A program made the translations under genes and the position numbers. This document shows, piece by piece, positions 38,457-40,000 of a stretch of 40,000 bases of DNA. Position 1 is the first letter of the stretch. Each line of letters begins with the position of its first letter. The notes beneath the pieces were generated by a model that saw only the letters and a list, made by a program, of their open reading frames with translations, had not been told where the DNA came from and did not search any database. This DNA is from Staphylococcus succinus (GTDB lineage Bacteria > Bacillota > Bacilli > Staphylococcales > Staphylococcaceae), in contig NZ_CP118976.1 of the NCBI RefSeq assembly GCF_029024945.1, positions 2,191,624 to 2,231,623 on the forward strand, written 5' to 3'.

Positions 38457-38878
38457 GAGCGACCACCACTAATGGACAGCATTACTGTTACAACTACACC
38501 AACAACAGCTAATACGATTCCCGCTTCAAATAGCGTAACCGTCGTTAGATGAACTTCCCCTAAAATTGGTAATTGTACATGTGCATCTGTTTGGTAAAGG
38601 AACGGTTTACCAAAAAACATAGGTATGACTGCTGTAGCAAATGATACTAAAGATCCCGTAATCATTAATATTCTAAAATCTAGCGGTAAAGATACTAATA
38701 CTTGCTTAACATCGAAGGCCAAGAACATCAACAGAAAGGCTGAACTAAATACGAGACCGCCAATAAAGCCTCCGCCGGGATTATTATGTCCTGCTAAAAA
38801 CAGGTAAAAACCAAAAGTTAATAGTATAAATACAACAATTTTGGTTACCGTTCGTAATACTACGTCATTCTCTTTCAT
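38453..38878 (-). CDS. mnhB2: Mrp/Mnh antiporter subunit B
   Basis: 141-aa, four-TM protein ([13 protein letters not shown] motif) with 4-nt and 14-nt overlaps to its neighbours. Confidence 0.85.
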   Translation of the reverse strand: MKENDVVLRTVTKIVVFILLTFGFYLFLAGHNNPGGGFIGGLVFSSAFLLMFLAFDVKQVLVSLPLDFRILMITGSLVSFATAVIPMFFGKPFLYQTDAHVQLPILGEVHLTTVTLFEAGIVLAVVGVVVTVMLSISGGRS

Positions 38879-40000
38879 CTTGACCCCTCCTATCTTTAAA
38901 GTTAAGTAATGTATAAATACCTAAACCAGCAATTATAAGTACCAGTCCTTCAAATAATGTATCTAAAGCACGAAAATCTCCAAGTATCGCATTCACTATA
39001 TTTTTACCACCTGTTAATTTATATGCATCGTGATAAAATGTTGATATCGTAGGCATTGAATCACTTTGCTGTGCAATAAATACAAGCGTCACAACGATAA
39101 TTGCCATCATCAGTGAAACAACAATCTTCACTGCTTCACGTTTCTTATGTACTTTTGTACGTGGTACGTTTGGCAATCTTGAAAAACTGACAATAAATAA
39201 TATTGTAGTAATTGTTTCTACAACCAGTTGTGTCAGTGCTAAATCAGGTGCTTTCATTAATATGAAGAAAATAGTTACACAATAACCGATAATGCCATTC
39301 AGTATAACCATCGTTAAACGTTGACGAATAAATGTTAAAGCTATTCCTAGAACAAATACAACGATGAGGGTAATTACTTCCAATGGTCCAAACTCACTTA
39401 CATGAATTTGATGCACTTTTGGAAATCCTGCTTCAATGATGCCGTAAGTTACAATCATTATAAAAATCAGTAGTGTTAACGTGATGTAGTGATTTAAACG
39501 GTTATTCATCAATCCACGAATACTATATCCTGAATAATGTTCAAAATGTTTATATGAACCTAAATAAATTTCCGTAATTGATTTCACTTTAATATGATTG
39601 GCATATTTTTTCCAATCTATTTTAAGGGCTGCTATAAAGCCAACTATAATGACGATAGCACTTAATGTTAAGGGTAAATTGAAACCGTGCCATTGTGAAA
39701 TATGTGGCGCTAATTCATCTACATTTTCTCCAATTGTGATACTTCGTAATGCCGGTAAAATGATTGATTCTCCAAATAGATTTGGTATGAAAAAAATCAC
39801 CGGCAACAAAATCATCATAATTGCAGAAGGTAGTGTGAATAAAAAGGGTTCGTGTGGCGATTTTAAAGGTAGATCTGCTTGCTGAGAATCCCCCCAGAAA
39901 ACTTCTTTAATCATATAAACAGCATAAATCAACGTAAATATGCTCGCCACTACTCCAATCGCTGTGATAATTATAGTAAGTATAATATTAAACTGTGGTA
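38865..40000 (-). CDS. mnhA2: Mrp/Mnh antiporter subunit A, C-terminal part (gene continues past the right window edge)
   Basis: The reading frame stays open from 39950 to the window end (..[25 protein letters not shown]..). The track start at 39950 is therefore an internal GTG. The MnhA C-terminal MnhB-like domain is present ([12 protein letters not shown]). Confidence 0.8.
   Translation of the reverse strand, partial: PQFNIILTIIITAIGVVASIFTLIYAVYMIKEVFWGDSQQADLPLKSPHEPFLFTLPSAIMMILLPVIFFIPNLFGESIILPALRSITIGENVDELAPHISQWHGFNLPLTLSAIVIIVGFIAALKIDWKKYANHIKVKSITEIYLGSYKHFEHYSGYSIRGLMNNRLNHYITLTLLIFIMIVTYGIIEAGFPKVHQIHVSEFGPLEVITLIVVFVLGIALTFIRQRLTMVILNGIIGYCVTIFFILMKAPDLALTQLVVETITTILFIVSFSRLPNVPRTKVHKKREAVKIVVSLMMAIIVVTLVFIAQQSDSMPTISTFYHDAYKLTGGKNIVNAILGDFRALDTLFEGLVLIIAGLGIYTLLNFKDRRGQDERE

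Overview
This window reads as core chromosome of a low-GC Staphylococcus, probably a coagulase-negative species. It is AT-rich by eye (not computed). I found no integrase, transposase, IS ends, tRNA, rRNA, CRISPR array or defence-type gene, so I do not see a novel multi-gene system here.

From memory (not searched), gene content and order match the S. aureus N315 SA0578-SA0621 region in inverted orientation:
- a BI-1-like membrane protein (partial, left edge)
- a LysM-CHAP hydrolase
- the DUF47-pitA phosphate transport pair
- graXRS
- a GNAT acetyltransferase, an esterase, a YkvI-like permease and a hypothetical protein
- dhaKLM
- fhuCBG
- yitT and nupC
- abcA divergent from pbp4
- the wall teichoic acid core cluster tarD-tagX-tarB-tarG, tarH and tarA
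- an HExxH membrane protein
- mntR divergent from mntABC
- a CPA1 Na+/H+ antiporter
- mnhG2 back to mnhA2 (partial, right edge)

The observations most worth a second look are:
1. graXRS ends at a strong terminator, and the partner ABC transporter genes vraFG are missing from their expected slot. Only 532 bp of ORF-free DNA lies there.
2. A promoter-to-terminator unit of about 190 nt sits between yitT and nupC. It has C-rich single-stranded motifs and a CodY-like palindrome, consistent with an RsaD-type sRNA.
3. The mntC 3' region is highly structured, with three C-rich motifs, consistent with a compact RsaC-type 3'UTR sRNA.
4. One GAT/ATG trinucleotide tract encodes both a poly-Asp tail on MnhC and a poly-Met head on MnhD.

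Several operators match published consensus sequences well: Fur, MntR/DtxR-type, cre and WalR. All family names and synteny statements come from motif reading and memory, not from database searches.
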